A stretch of 64,000 nucleotides of DNA from assembly GCA_027484125.1 (NCBI GenBank), contig JAIXUI010000124.1, forward strand, positions 10,254 through 74,253. The letters run 5' to 3'. The DNA comes from Bacteroidota bacterium (GTDB taxonomy: Bacteria; Bacteroidota; Bacteroidia; UBA7662; JAIXUI01). Numbering within the stretch: position 1 is the first letter of the stretch; the number at the start of each line of letters is the position of its first letter. Shown here piece after piece: positions 28,293-36,999 of the stretch. A program made the translations under genes and the position numbers. The notes beneath the pieces were generated by a model. It was given only the letters and a program-made list of their open reading frames with translations. It ran no database searches and was not told the origin of the DNA.

Positions 28293-31172
28293 TTAAAGCG
28301 AAAGGCTTACGCCTACCGTTTGAGTATAACCAAAAGGAAGCGGGATATTCACGGTTCCTGAGACACTTCCAACTTGTCCGCAGCCCACCGAAACTTTGAG
28401 ATTGCCGTTTGTGGCAACAGTCCAGCCGCCACAAAAGCCCCATACATAAGCATCGATAGAACCTGTCATGGCCACGTCGCTCTCCATAGATCCACAAAAG
28501 CCTGCTTGGCCTATCGTGGCCATAAGCCTGGACTCCATTTTTGCTTCCAGGTTTCCGGCAAACCCAACAGCAACAGCGGAACTTGTTTGATACATGGAGT
28601 TACAGTCCGTTGCATCGAATCCGCTGGGATATCTCACAGGGATGTTGAGATTCAATGCCCCTTTTCCACTTAAACTTCCAGCAAAGCTACCGGGGTTGTT
28701 CAAGCTTCCGGACATGCTGATATTTCCCTCCGAAAGCTTTATGGTGTTGATGATGGAACCACCCATGTTGTTGCCATTCATTGACCAACTTCCATTTTCA
28801 ATGGCAAAATTGGCTTGAAGATTCTCCGATTTGAGGATAGAACCATCCGATGGTACCTGGATAGAAGTTCCGAAAGAGCCATTGATCTTTTCACCAGGTA
28901 GGGTGTAGTTAACATTTAACTTACCAGTGAACATGGGTGCATTTTTCAACACCGTAACATCACCGGCCAGATTGAGTTGAACATTGTTCCCAAACTGAAG
29001 AATTGCTTCTCCATTTACTTCAGTAAGGTTGGCCACGTCTCCAACACCGAGTTTCAGACCGATTAGGTGGTTACCCTTCTCGGGGCCTAAAGGGCCATCG
29101 AGGCTGACCTTGTAATTCATTCCAACTTTGCCACCAATTCGGGTAAGTTGCAAGCCTGATTGACCTAATGGCACCCGCATTCCTCCCATTTCAAGACCTA
29201 GGTAGGCAAAAGTGAAATCGTCTTTCGCTCCTATGTCACAGGCGCCATTTACGTCAACTGTTGTAAACTTTCCACGGAAGTTTCCTTGAAAACTACTTTG
29301 GGATTCATTATCGGTAAACTTAGCTGAGAAGGAAAGCGCCATGGGTGCTTTATTGAATTCTCCTGCTATTCCTCCTACGGTAACTTTACCAACTTCGCTG
29401 ATTTTGAATTCACTCACTTTTAACATGGCGGCAGAGCCGGAGGCATCAATTTTTACCTGAGCGTCGAGCGAAAGGTTGCCGTTGGAATAAGAGGAATTAC
29501 TGAGGTTAAAGCTGAATTGCTTGTACTTAATCTGAGCATTATTGACAATGAACTTTTCCAACTTACCATTGACAACCAGCATTTCAGGAACATCTAATTG
29601 TGCATCGAAGTCTTGGTGTTTGGCTTTCAGACCACCTCTAATTCTCTCGATTTCGAAAGTAGCAAGCGAGAATTCGGCTTCTGCATTCAAATCAGAAATC
29701 TCCATTCCGAATAATTGGAGGTCTTTGGCACTGGCAGTGATGGTTGCCTGATCGCTGGTGCAAGAAAGAGAAAGACCAAAAGAACCTTTTACTCCCTGAA
29801 TATCGGTGGCCTCTAATTGTCCGGAACCTTCATTAAACTTAAAAGATGTGGTGAGGCCGGCTGTAAAACCTAAGCTCAGCTGGCTCACCTTGATGGTCAT
29901 TTGAGCGCTTTTGTACGTTACCTCCGGAAGATTGGTCAATGTTCCTGTGAAATCGCCTTCGCTGTTAAGAGTCCCGTCTTCCACATTCGCAATAACTTGT
30001 CCTTCCTTTTTCAGCTCAAGGTTGATGGCTCTAATTCCTTCAAAATTGAAACTACCTTCAAAGGAATTACCTCCTGAAAAATTAAAAGTAAACTCACCAT
30101 TTACTCCTGACTTGATAAATACTAGGTCTTTTAAGTTTTTATCTTGATTGAGGCTGCCATTGAGCGTAGCCGTTCCTGATAAATTTCCTGAAGCATCAAC
30201 AGTTAAGGAAACCGCTTTGAGATTCACGTCAAGCCAGCCGATTTTCCCAATGGATTGATCCCCTGACCATGTAATTGACACTTTATTATACACGTCTTTC
30301 TCGCAATGCTTAGAGAAAGTTATAGCAGCTCCTTGTAAAGCCGTTGAAAGTTGAAATCTACTGTCAGTTAAGTTTAAGTTGAAAGAAGCCTCAGCAGTGG
30401 AATAACTGCAATACTGGTTTTCATCGGAAAACTCTGACTTGGGTTTCGACTTAAAAGTGGCAGCAATAGGGCCGAAATTGGCTCCTGAAGTAATTTCTGG
30501 ACAAGAGCAACCCTCACAAGCTTTCACATAGGCTTTGGTAGAATAACTTACTCCCTCAATGCTAAAAGTTGCCTCAACCATTCCTTCCGCCTTTTCATCA
30601 GACAGCTTTAGAGTAACTTTTGACCCCTCACCGGAAACCGAAATACTTCCTGTTAATGCCCTCCACGTGTAACTACCGCCGGTTGATGGGAAAGAGGTTA
30701 CTGAAGCTTCACCACTTAGCGTTTTTTTATCTATACAAATGGTATCTGGCAATGAAGCTTTGATAGAATAGATTATAAATGAACGAGTTTCTGAGCCGCT
30801 GTATGTTTCAATTTGAGGATCGGTAGTGCTTCCAATCCATTTATCAAAACTGTAAGTATAATCTGCTGTAATGGAAGCTTCAGCAGTCGTTCCAATTTCA
30901 GGCGCTTGGGTAATAGAAACCGTTCCTGACCATGTTTTCTCTTGTTTTTCCCCAATTGACATGTCTTGGGGTAGTACTGAGATTTTGATTGGACCTTCAG
31001 TTGTGAACTTGGCAGATCCACTTTCATATTTATTAGTCTTTTTGGTATAGGTACCGCTGTAGGAGGTTCCTTTACCTTGTTGTTGACTGTAATAGAGCGG
31101 AATCTGCGCGAAAGAGATGCTGGCCGCCCCACACAAAAGAACGATCACCAGGCCTTGCATCCACTTTTTCAT
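28293..31172 (-). CDS. large secreted hypothetical protein (959 aa, S/T/G-rich beta-type)
   Basis: Signal peptide MKKWMQGLVIVLLCGAASISFAQ. The protein is very rich in S/T/G/N. I recognise no family. It lies 17 nt upstream of the FN3 gene. Confidence 0.5.
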   Translation of the reverse strand: MKKWMQGLVIVLLCGAASISFAQIPLYYSQQQGKGTSYSGTYTKKTNKYESGSAKFTTEGPIKISVLPQDMSIGEKQEKTWSGTVSITQAPEIGTTAEASITADYTYSFDKWIGSTTDPQIETYSGSETRSFIIYSIKASLPDTICIDKKTLSGEASVTSFPSTGGSYTWRALTGSISVSGEGSKVTLKLSDEKAEGMVEATFSIEGVSYSTKAYVKACEGCSCPEITSGANFGPIAATFKSKPKSEFSDENQYCSYSTAEASFNLNLTDSRFQLSTALQGAAITFSKHCEKDVYNKVSITWSGDQSIGKIGWLDVNLKAVSLTVDASGNLSGTATLNGSLNQDKNLKDLVFIKSGVNGEFTFNFSGGNSFEGSFNFEGIRAINLELKKEGQVIANVEDGTLNSEGDFTGTLTNLPEVTYKSAQMTIKVSQLSLGFTAGLTTSFKFNEGSGQLEATDIQGVKGSFGLSLSCTSDQATITASAKDLQLFGMEISDLNAEAEFSLATFEIERIRGGLKAKHQDFDAQLDVPEMLVVNGKLEKFIVNNAQIKYKQFSFNLSNSSYSNGNLSLDAQVKIDASGSAAMLKVSEFKISEVGKVTVGGIAGEFNKAPMALSFSAKFTDNESQSSFQGNFRGKFTTVDVNGACDIGAKDDFTFAYLGLEMGGMRVPLGQSGLQLTRIGGKVGMNYKVSLDGPLGPEKGNHLIGLKLGVGDVANLTEVNGEAILQFGNNVQLNLAGDVTVLKNAPMFTGKLNVNYTLPGEKINGSFGTSIQVPSDGSILKSENLQANFAIENGSWSMNGNNMGGSIINTIKLSEGNISMSGSLNNPGSFAGSLSGKGALNLNIPVRYPSGFDATDCNSMYQTSSAVAVGFAGNLEAKMESRLMATIGQAGFCGSMESDVAMTGSIDAYVWGFCGGWTVATNGNLKVSVGCGQVGSVSGTVNIPLPFGYTQTVGVSLSL

Positions 31173-31345
31173 CTTTGGTTTGTCTTTAATTTGAAAATAG
31201 ATAAAAACTAATTCTTTTGCCTCAAGGATTTAACAAAAGCTCGATTAGCACTGTATCATAAGTAAAAACCCTTGTACCGTGCTAAACTTGCGGTCCGCTT
31301 TAAGAGAGCATTTACAGCTTGCTTGAGGATTTTCGAGCCTATTCA

Positions 31346-32150
31346 TCAACGTAAGCCGGGTTTGCTGCGTGTTCTTGGAATCTCGCTGCGAGTGCCTGCG
31401 CCGTTTGCACCTTGTACGGTAGTATCCGCTCCTACCCCGCCTGTTTGCTGACCATTACCCGTAGAACCATTGATGCCGGGTCCGGGTTGAGTTTCATGGC
31501 GGAGGCCTGGTTTGCTGCGTGTTCTTGGAATCTCGCTGCGAGTGCCTGCGCCTCCTCCTTTTTGAACGGTAGTATCTTTGGCACCAGGTATTCCTTGATT
31601 TGCGATGGTATTTGCAGCACTTCCATTTTCTACAGGCTTCGCCAGAATATTTGTCCCTGGCTCATTGGTTCCTTGAAAAAGCGGGTTGTCATATGCTGTT
31701 GAAGTACCATCTTTACCCACTGAAGAAACTTGGCGTCCTTGAACGTCATTGGCCTGAATGTCATTAGAAGGCTGATAAACCGGATTATCATTGGTAGTTG
31801 ATAGAACATCGGACCCAATTAGGTTAGACGCTCCACCTGCATTTTGACTGGAGCTAATTGTATTTTCTTTGCTAGGCCCAGCCGGTGTCTCAATTCGTAA
31901 ACCTGGCTTGTTTCGAGTACTCGGGATGGCACTGCGTGTGCCTGCGCCTCCTCCTTTTTGAACGGTTGTGTCTTTGGCACCAGGTATTCCTTGATTAGCG
32001 ATGGTATTTGCAGCACTTCCATTTTCTACAGGCTTCGCCAGAATGTTTGTCCCTGGCTCATTGGTTCCTTGAAAAAGCGGGTTGTCACTTGCTATTGAAG
32101 TACCATCGTTACCTACTGAAGAAGTTTTAGATTCATTGGTGGCAGTTCCT
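31346..32150. repeat. Intragenic tandem repeats (about 185-225 bp units, ~95% identical) at the 3' end of the 31346..33784 gene
   Basis: 31546-31730 vs 31936-32120 are near-identical (gcgcctcctcctttttgaacggt...ctgaagaa). A third partial copy (31346-31410 vs 31490-31560, attcatcaacgtaagccgggtttgctgcgtgttcttggaatctcgctgcgagtgcctgcgcc) encodes the terminal GAGTRSEIPRTRSKPGLR. Confidence 0.85.
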
Positions 32151-33784
32151 GTTTGAGCAGGATTTTGGGGACTTCCCGAGCCGGTTCCGGCATTTGGATT
32201 TTTGGATAACAATTCAGGTTGAGACCTTACCGTGGTGGTTGATCTTCTTGTACCGTAGCCATTTTGCTCCTGAACTTCTGGTGTTGTTTGACTCCCTGTT
32301 GTTTTACCATCGGTTCCATTAGAGGTAATTGCAGGCAAACCCAAAAGTTTATCGAGCATTCCGGCTCCGATAGTGTCTGTTTTCTGATTCGTATTACCCT
32401 TTATAAGAATAGTTGCGTACTCTGTTTGGCCGGCAAATTCTACAACCAGTGCAAGTGGCCCAGGAGCACTACCAGCTGTAAAAACCCCAAGAGCATCAAC
32501 ACTTCCCTTGTTTTCTGGTATCAATCTTAATTGAACCTGGTTCCTGTCTTTGCCTAGTAAATCAAGTTTTCTGGAGCCAGTACTCGCCACAGCCTCTAAT
32601 ACAAACTGAACTTTCGAACCAATCAATACTTCCGTATAAGAAGGAGTTATTCTTAAAGCTTCAGTCACTAAATCCTGATTCAAATTTTTGGTGTACTTAA
32701 ACCAGAATACATCTGAAACCAAAACCTCTTCTCCCCTACTAGAAGCATATCTAGCCTTTACCTGCCAAGCATAAGTTTGTCCATCCGTAAGCACTTCTGC
32801 TGAAGAAGGATAGACCATAGAAGTAGTAACTAATCCTTCCTTGGCATAAATAGGTCTATTCAATAGTACTTCTTCTTGTGAAAACTGGTTTGGGAGTACC
32901 GGATACAAAGCAAAATCAAATTTTGAAGCTTGTGAAAACCATTGAAACTGAGGATTAGGTGTAGAGATAATGGTTTGTTGTTGTCCGAATAAAGTACCCG
33001 GCATGATTAGTTCAGGCCGAGTCGCCAAATTGACAATTACCTGAGAAGCCTCAGCGCCACCTACTTTAATTCCTCTTTCATCAAAAAGCTCTAATACATA
33101 ATCGTAAGCATCTGCAGGAAGAATATTGGTTTTAGCGATAAGCTGCATCAAAGAATTGTTTCTGGAGTTCAATTCATAATTATCAAACTCCCTGTTGGTA
33201 AATCTCAATACGGCACCAGGTTGAACACCTTTGAGGTTTCTATGAGAATATCCAACTAAGCCATAACGATCACCTTTCAAGGTCAGTCTAACCTTAAGGT
33301 CTCTAATCTTGTTGTCGTTGTAGATGATGACATTGAAAATGATCGGAGCAGCTGTTATTCTGTTCACCTCAAAATCAGACATTTTCACAGTCTGCATTGG
33401 AAATACTTCCAAAACAGCTGAAAGCTGACCTGAGCTAATCAGTACAGTAAAGCCACCGGGCAAAACTAATTCTGCATTTCCAGCCCTCACTCGAACATCA
33501 ACAGGGCCATTTACAGCGTTGGGAGAAACGCGAAGCCTCGCTACTAAAGACTCGAAGTCTTTTATCTCCAAACGTTCAACCTGAATATCAGGCCCAAAAT
33601 CTACAGAAACCGTTTGCTGTTGAAAATTAGTAAAGCGACCTTTAATCACCACATCCACTTGCTGACCTTGCATTCCGGTAGCCGGAACACAACTTACCAG
33701 GCCTGCCTCTTGCGCTGCTGTTACGGCTGACGTTGTCATCCAAACTAGCAGCAACAAAATCCCACTTTTGATTGCTGATCTCAT
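31346..33784 (-). CDS. secreted protein with IPT/TIG-like N-terminal domain, Big-like domain and repetitive S/T/G/N-rich C-terminal tail
   Basis: Track ORF 31346..33808 starts at TTG. The ATG at 33784 gives the signal peptide MRSAIKSGILLLLVWMTTSAVTAAQ. VSCVPATGMQGQQVDVVIKGRFTNF...VDVRVRAGNAELVLPGGFTV is IPT/Ig-like. ...VQFVLEAVASTGSRKLDLLGKD... is Big_2-like. The last ~350 aa are low-complexity with tandem ~75-aa repeats ending in GAGTRSEIPRTRSKPGLR. Confidence 0.55.
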   Translation of the reverse strand: MRSAIKSGILLLLVWMTTSAVTAAQEAGLVSCVPATGMQGQQVDVVIKGRFTNFQQQTVSVDFGPDIQVERLEIKDFESLVARLRVSPNAVNGPVDVRVRAGNAELVLPGGFTVLISSGQLSAVLEVFPMQTVKMSDFEVNRITAAPIIFNVIIYNDNKIRDLKVRLTLKGDRYGLVGYSHRNLKGVQPGAVLRFTNREFDNYELNSRNNSLMQLIAKTNILPADAYDYVLELFDERGIKVGGAEASQVIVNLATRPELIMPGTLFGQQQTIISTPNPQFQWFSQASKFDFALYPVLPNQFSQEEVLLNRPIYAKEGLVTTSMVYPSSAEVLTDGQTYAWQVKARYASSRGEEVLVSDVFWFKYTKNLNQDLVTEALRITPSYTEVLIGSKVQFVLEAVASTGSRKLDLLGKDRNQVQLRLIPENKGSVDALGVFTAGSAPGPLALVVEFAGQTEYATILIKGNTNQKTDTIGAGMLDKLLGLPAITSNGTDGKTTGSQTTPEVQEQNGYGTRRSTTTVRSQPELLSKNPNAGTGSGSPQNPAQTGTATNESKTSSVGNDGTSIASDNPLFQGTNEPGTNILAKPVENGSAANTIANQGIPGAKDTTVQKGGGAGTRSAIPSTRNKPGLRIETPAGPSKENTISSSQNAGGASNLIGSDVLSTTNDNPVYQPSNDIQANDVQGRQVSSVGKDGTSTAYDNPLFQGTNEPGTNILAKPVENGSAANTIANQGIPGAKDTTVQKGGGAGTRSEIPRTRSKPGLRHETQPGPGINGSTGNGQQTGGVGADTTVQGANGAGTRSEIPRTRSKPGLR

Positions 33785-33805
33785 ATTTATCATTACAATT
33801 ATTAA

Positions 33806-33813
33806 CAAATATA
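33806..33813 (-). promoter_or_regulatory. Candidate Bacteroidota -7 promoter element (TATATTTG on minus strand) for the five-gene cluster
   Basis: The reverse complement of caaatata (33806-33813) is TATATTTG, an exact TAnnTTTG, 21 nt upstream of the ATG at 33784 and downstream of the dusB stop. Confidence 0.4.
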
Positions 33814-33852
33814 GACAAATCAGCTAGATTCTACATAATTTGTTAATTTATT

Positions 33853-34896
33853 TTAAGAATCTCCGTAGCAATCTGGAGCAGATTCTACTGGAGCCCCTAA
33901 TTCTAATAAAGGTCGCTGAGGGTATAAGTTGGGCAATTCTTCTAGCAGACTAAAAATTTCATCCGATTTCACAGCGGATACCATCAGTGTGCGGTGCGTT
34001 TTAAAGTGCGGATAGCCTCTAAAATAGGAAGCGTAATGGCGACGCATCTCCAGCAATCCAAGCTTCTCACCTTTCCATTCTAAAGATTTGGTCAAATGAG
34101 TCAAACAAGCCTGCACCCTTTCTTCAGTAGTGGGTGGCTCGAGCAGTTCACCGGTATTCATAAAATGCTTAACCTCTCTGAAAATCCAGGGATAACCGAT
34201 TGAAGCACGTCCTATCATCATTCCATCTACCCCATACTTGTTTCGATATTCCAATGCTTTCATAGGAGAATCGATGTCCCCATTTCCGAAAACCGGGATA
34301 TGAAGCCTAGGATTCGCCTTGGTTTCGCCAATTAAGGTCCAATCAGCCTCACCCTTATACATTTGCACCCTGGTACGACCATGAATAGCGATGGCTTGAA
34401 CGCCGATATCCTGTAGTCGTTCAGCCAACTCCACCACGTGCTTGCTACTTTCATCCCAACCCAATCGGGTTTTCACGGTTACAGGTACGGGAGACCTTTT
34501 AACTAATTCTGCGGTGATTCGAATTAACTTAGGAAGGTTGCGTAACATACCAGATCCGGCTTCCTTACACACTACATTTTTAACCGGACAGCCGAAGTTT
34601 AAGTCTATCAAATCAGGATTGGCTTGCATCACCACATCCACGGCTCCCAACATTGGGTCTAACTCTCCGCCAAAAATCTGGATGCCCATGGGGCGCTCTT
34701 CCGGGTATAAGTCGAGCTTTTTGATGCTTTTGTGGGCATTCCGAATTAATCCTTCTGAAGAGATGAACTCGGTGTACATCAAGTCTGCTCCCTCTTTTTT
34801 ACATACTGCCCTAAAGGGAGGATCGCTCACATCTTCCATAGGAGCAAGAAGAAGTGGAAATTCACCTAAATCCAGTGAGCCAATTTTAACAGACAT
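33853..34896 (-). CDS. dusB: tRNA-dihydrouridine synthase
   Basis: LAPMEDVSDPPFR...IDLNFGCPVKNV...IAIHGRTR..MIGRASIGYPWIF is collinear with E. coli DusB. Confidence 0.8.
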   Translation of the reverse strand: MSVKIGSLDLGEFPLLLAPMEDVSDPPFRAVCKKEGADLMYTEFISSEGLIRNAHKSIKKLDLYPEERPMGIQIFGGELDPMLGAVDVVMQANPDLIDLNFGCPVKNVVCKEAGSGMLRNLPKLIRITAELVKRSPVPVTVKTRLGWDESSKHVVELAERLQDIGVQAIAIHGRTRVQMYKGEADWTLIGETKANPRLHIPVFGNGDIDSPMKALEYRNKYGVDGMMIGRASIGYPWIFREVKHFMNTGELLEPPTTEERVQACLTHLTKSLEWKGEKLGLLEMRRHYASYFRGYPHFKTHRTLMVSAVKSDEIFSLLEELPNLYPQRPLLELGAPVESAPDCYGDS

Positions 34897-34919
34897 GAAG
34901 CAAAGTTAAGTGAAGTAAC

Positions 34920-35501
34920 CTAGCTTCTGTAAAACTGCTCCTTCACTACAAAGTCGTGAATCTGTTCTGGCAGCATATACCTCACCGATTTTCCCTGGCG
35001 GATATTCTGTCTAACCATGGTACTGGAGAGCTCAATTCGTGGAGCACTCACCAGTTTAACATGTGGATGGTAGCGCAACTCTTCGGGAATAGACTGTGCA
35101 TCGACACGAGGATAAACCCAGATGGCATATAGTTCTATGAGCGTTTCATAGTTTTTCCACTTAGAAAGAGTAGCCAGGTTATCCTCTCCCATGATGATAG
35201 AAAACTCATGTTCGGGATGCTTTTCTGACAAATAAGCCATGGTATCGATGGTGTAAGAAGGGATTGGCAATCTAAACTCGATATCACTTACCATCAGGTG
35301 GTCATTATCCCAAACTGCTCTTCTTACCAAATCGAGCCGGTGGTACTGGTCTAACAAACCCGACTTCTGCTTAAGCGGATTCTGAGGGCTCACCACCAAC
35401 CAAACTTGATCGAGTTCCGGCTGACAAGCAAAGTATTCAGCAAGAATAAGATGACCGATGTGGATAGGATTAAAAGACCCGAAAAACAACCCTATTCTCA
35501 T
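34920..35501 (-). CDS. nadD: nicotinate-nucleotide adenylyltransferase
   Basis: MRIGLFFGSFNPIHIGHL is the (H/T)xGH nucleotidyltransferase motif; ~193 aa. Confidence 0.8.
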   Translation of the reverse strand: MRIGLFFGSFNPIHIGHLILAEYFACQPELDQVWLVVSPQNPLKQKSGLLDQYHRLDLVRRAVWDNDHLMVSDIEFRLPIPSYTIDTMAYLSEKHPEHEFSIIMGEDNLATLSKWKNYETLIELYAIWVYPRVDAQSIPEELRYHPHVKLVSAPRIELSSTMVRQNIRQGKSVRYMLPEQIHDFVVKEQFYRS

Positions 35502-36076
35502 CCGTTGTCCTCTTTGATGAAGGCAGTAACCTGGTTGTAAGCTTCTTGCTTAGCTGTATCAAGATGTTCATTGAGAATCACCACATCAAACCTATCCTCA
35601 TAAGCGAGTTCTTTTGATGCTTTCTCAACTCGCTGCGCTATTTTTTCTAATGAATCAGTGGCACGATTCATCAATCGTTCAAACAAGGCTTGCTTAGAAG
35701 GAGGTTTTACAAACACAGCGAGTGCTTGGTCACCAAACAGCGACTTGAGATGTAACCCTCCCATCACGTCAACATCAAAAATGACTACTTTGTCTTTTTC
35801 AAAAAGGGATTCTATTTCAGACCGGAGCGTTCCATAAAAACATCCCGGATAAACTTCTTCCCATTCTAAGAACCGCCCATCAGAAATTGCGTCTCTAAAA
35901 GATTCAAGACTAAAAAAGTAATAGTCCTTACCTTCTACTTCATCCCCTCTTTTAGGTCGGCTAGTAGCAGATACTGAAAATGCCAACTGAGGCAGGTTTT
36001 GTAGCAAATGATGAACTAAAGTGGTTTTTCCGGCACCGGAAGGAGCCGAAAAAATCACAACTCTGCCTTTCTTCAT
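35498..36076 (-). CDS. gmk: guanylate kinase
   Basis: P-loop VIFSAPSGAGKTTLV and GMP-binding region ...SATSRPKRGDEVEGKDYYF. Confidence 0.85.
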   Translation of the reverse strand: MKKGRVVIFSAPSGAGKTTLVHHLLQNLPQLAFSVSATSRPKRGDEVEGKDYYFFSLESFRDAISDGRFLEWEEVYPGCFYGTLRSEIESLFEKDKVVIFDVDVMGGLHLKSLFGDQALAVFVKPPSKQALFERLMNRATDSLEKIAQRVEKASKELAYEDRFDVVILNEHLDTAKQEAYNQVTAFIKEDNG

Positions 36077-36960
36077 AGCACGTTTAAAATTTGTTCTTTG
36101 ATCTTTTCCAACTCATTCTTCATCAAAACCACGAGCTTTTGAATACGCGCATCCTGGCATTTTGACCCAAGTGTGTTGATTTCCCGACCTATTTCCTGAG
36201 CTATAAAACCCAGTTTCTTACCGGAAGTTTTATCCTCGCTCAATGCTTCTAAAAAGTAATGTAGATTTTGAGTCAAGCGATGGGTTTCCTCTGAGAAGTC
36301 TTGTTTTTCTAAATAGAAGATGAGCTCTTGCTCAAAACGATCTGCATCAAAAGAGGCAAGCAGTTCAGATCTTTCGAGGGCATTGGTAAGTCTATTACGT
36401 ACAATTGAGGCTCTTTCTTCCTCAAATGGCTTAATCTGTTCTAATAAAGAGAGTATTTCAAGAATTGCCGTGCGGAACATCTGATCTAAAGCCTCTCCTT
36501 CTGCATGTCGATATTGGTCAAAAGCGAGGAAACCGGACTCTACTGTGGAGTTGAAACACTCCATTTCTTCTTCCGTTGGCACATTTTCTTGTGCATCAGA
36601 CTGAATAAATGGAAGGAAAGAAGCGCTTTGTGGTAATAATAACTCTGGCGCCAAATCGAGCTCTTTGCTAAGTCCTAGAAGTCCTTGAATCAAGGTTCTT
36701 AGTTTTTCGACACCGGGATTTTCAGCAGGTTCTGATTGTTCCTGCTGGGTTGACCACCAAATGGTAATGGAAGCTTTACCCCTATCGATGCGTACTTGGG
36801 CTTTTTGACGAAGTGAGAACTCTAGGTTTGTAAAAATCCTAGGCAACTTAACGGAGAGGTCAAGGCCTTTCCCATTTAAAGATTTGACTTCAACACTTAG
36901 CGTCCGGCCATCGGAAAGCGTAGTAGTCGCTTTTCCGTAACCTGTCATAGAACTGAGCAT
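36073..36960 (-). CDS. yicC: YicC/YloC-family endoribonuclease
   Basis: N-terminal MLSSMTGYGKATTTL...LSVEVKSLNGKGLDL and C-terminal IAQEIGREINTLGSK (DUF1732) are the YicC family hallmarks. Confidence 0.75.
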   Translation of the reverse strand: MLSSMTGYGKATTTLSDGRTLSVEVKSLNGKGLDLSVKLPRIFTNLEFSLRQKAQVRIDRGKASITIWWSTQQEQSEPAENPGVEKLRTLIQGLLGLSKELDLAPELLLPQSASFLPFIQSDAQENVPTEEEMECFNSTVESGFLAFDQYRHAEGEALDQMFRTAILEILSLLEQIKPFEEERASIVRNRLTNALERSELLASFDADRFEQELIFYLEKQDFSEETHRLTQNLHYFLEALSEDKTSGKKLGFIAQEIGREINTLGSKCQDARIQKLVVLMKNELEKIKEQILNVL

Positions 36961-36999
36961 GCTGCAAAGATGCAGTTTGCTGGAATATTGACGTAAAAA

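Noticed and set aside
31222-31345. Possible stem-loop or direct-repeat structure in the 173-bp gap between the first two cluster genes (CTCAAGGATTT...CTTGAGGATTTTCGAGC)
   Set aside because: The complementarity is short and imperfect, and it cannot be distinguished from chance by eye.
33784-33808. Track start coordinates shown as M at 33808, 26479, 22877, 11282, 10886, 21143, 43842, 61530, 1998
   Set aside because: Inspection of the DNA shows these are TTG or GTG codons. I shifted the annotated starts to nearby ATGs where a sensible N-terminus (signal peptide or conserved motif) results, and kept TTG/GTG only where no ATG exists (murQ, ctp, phoH, Omp85-like, permease).
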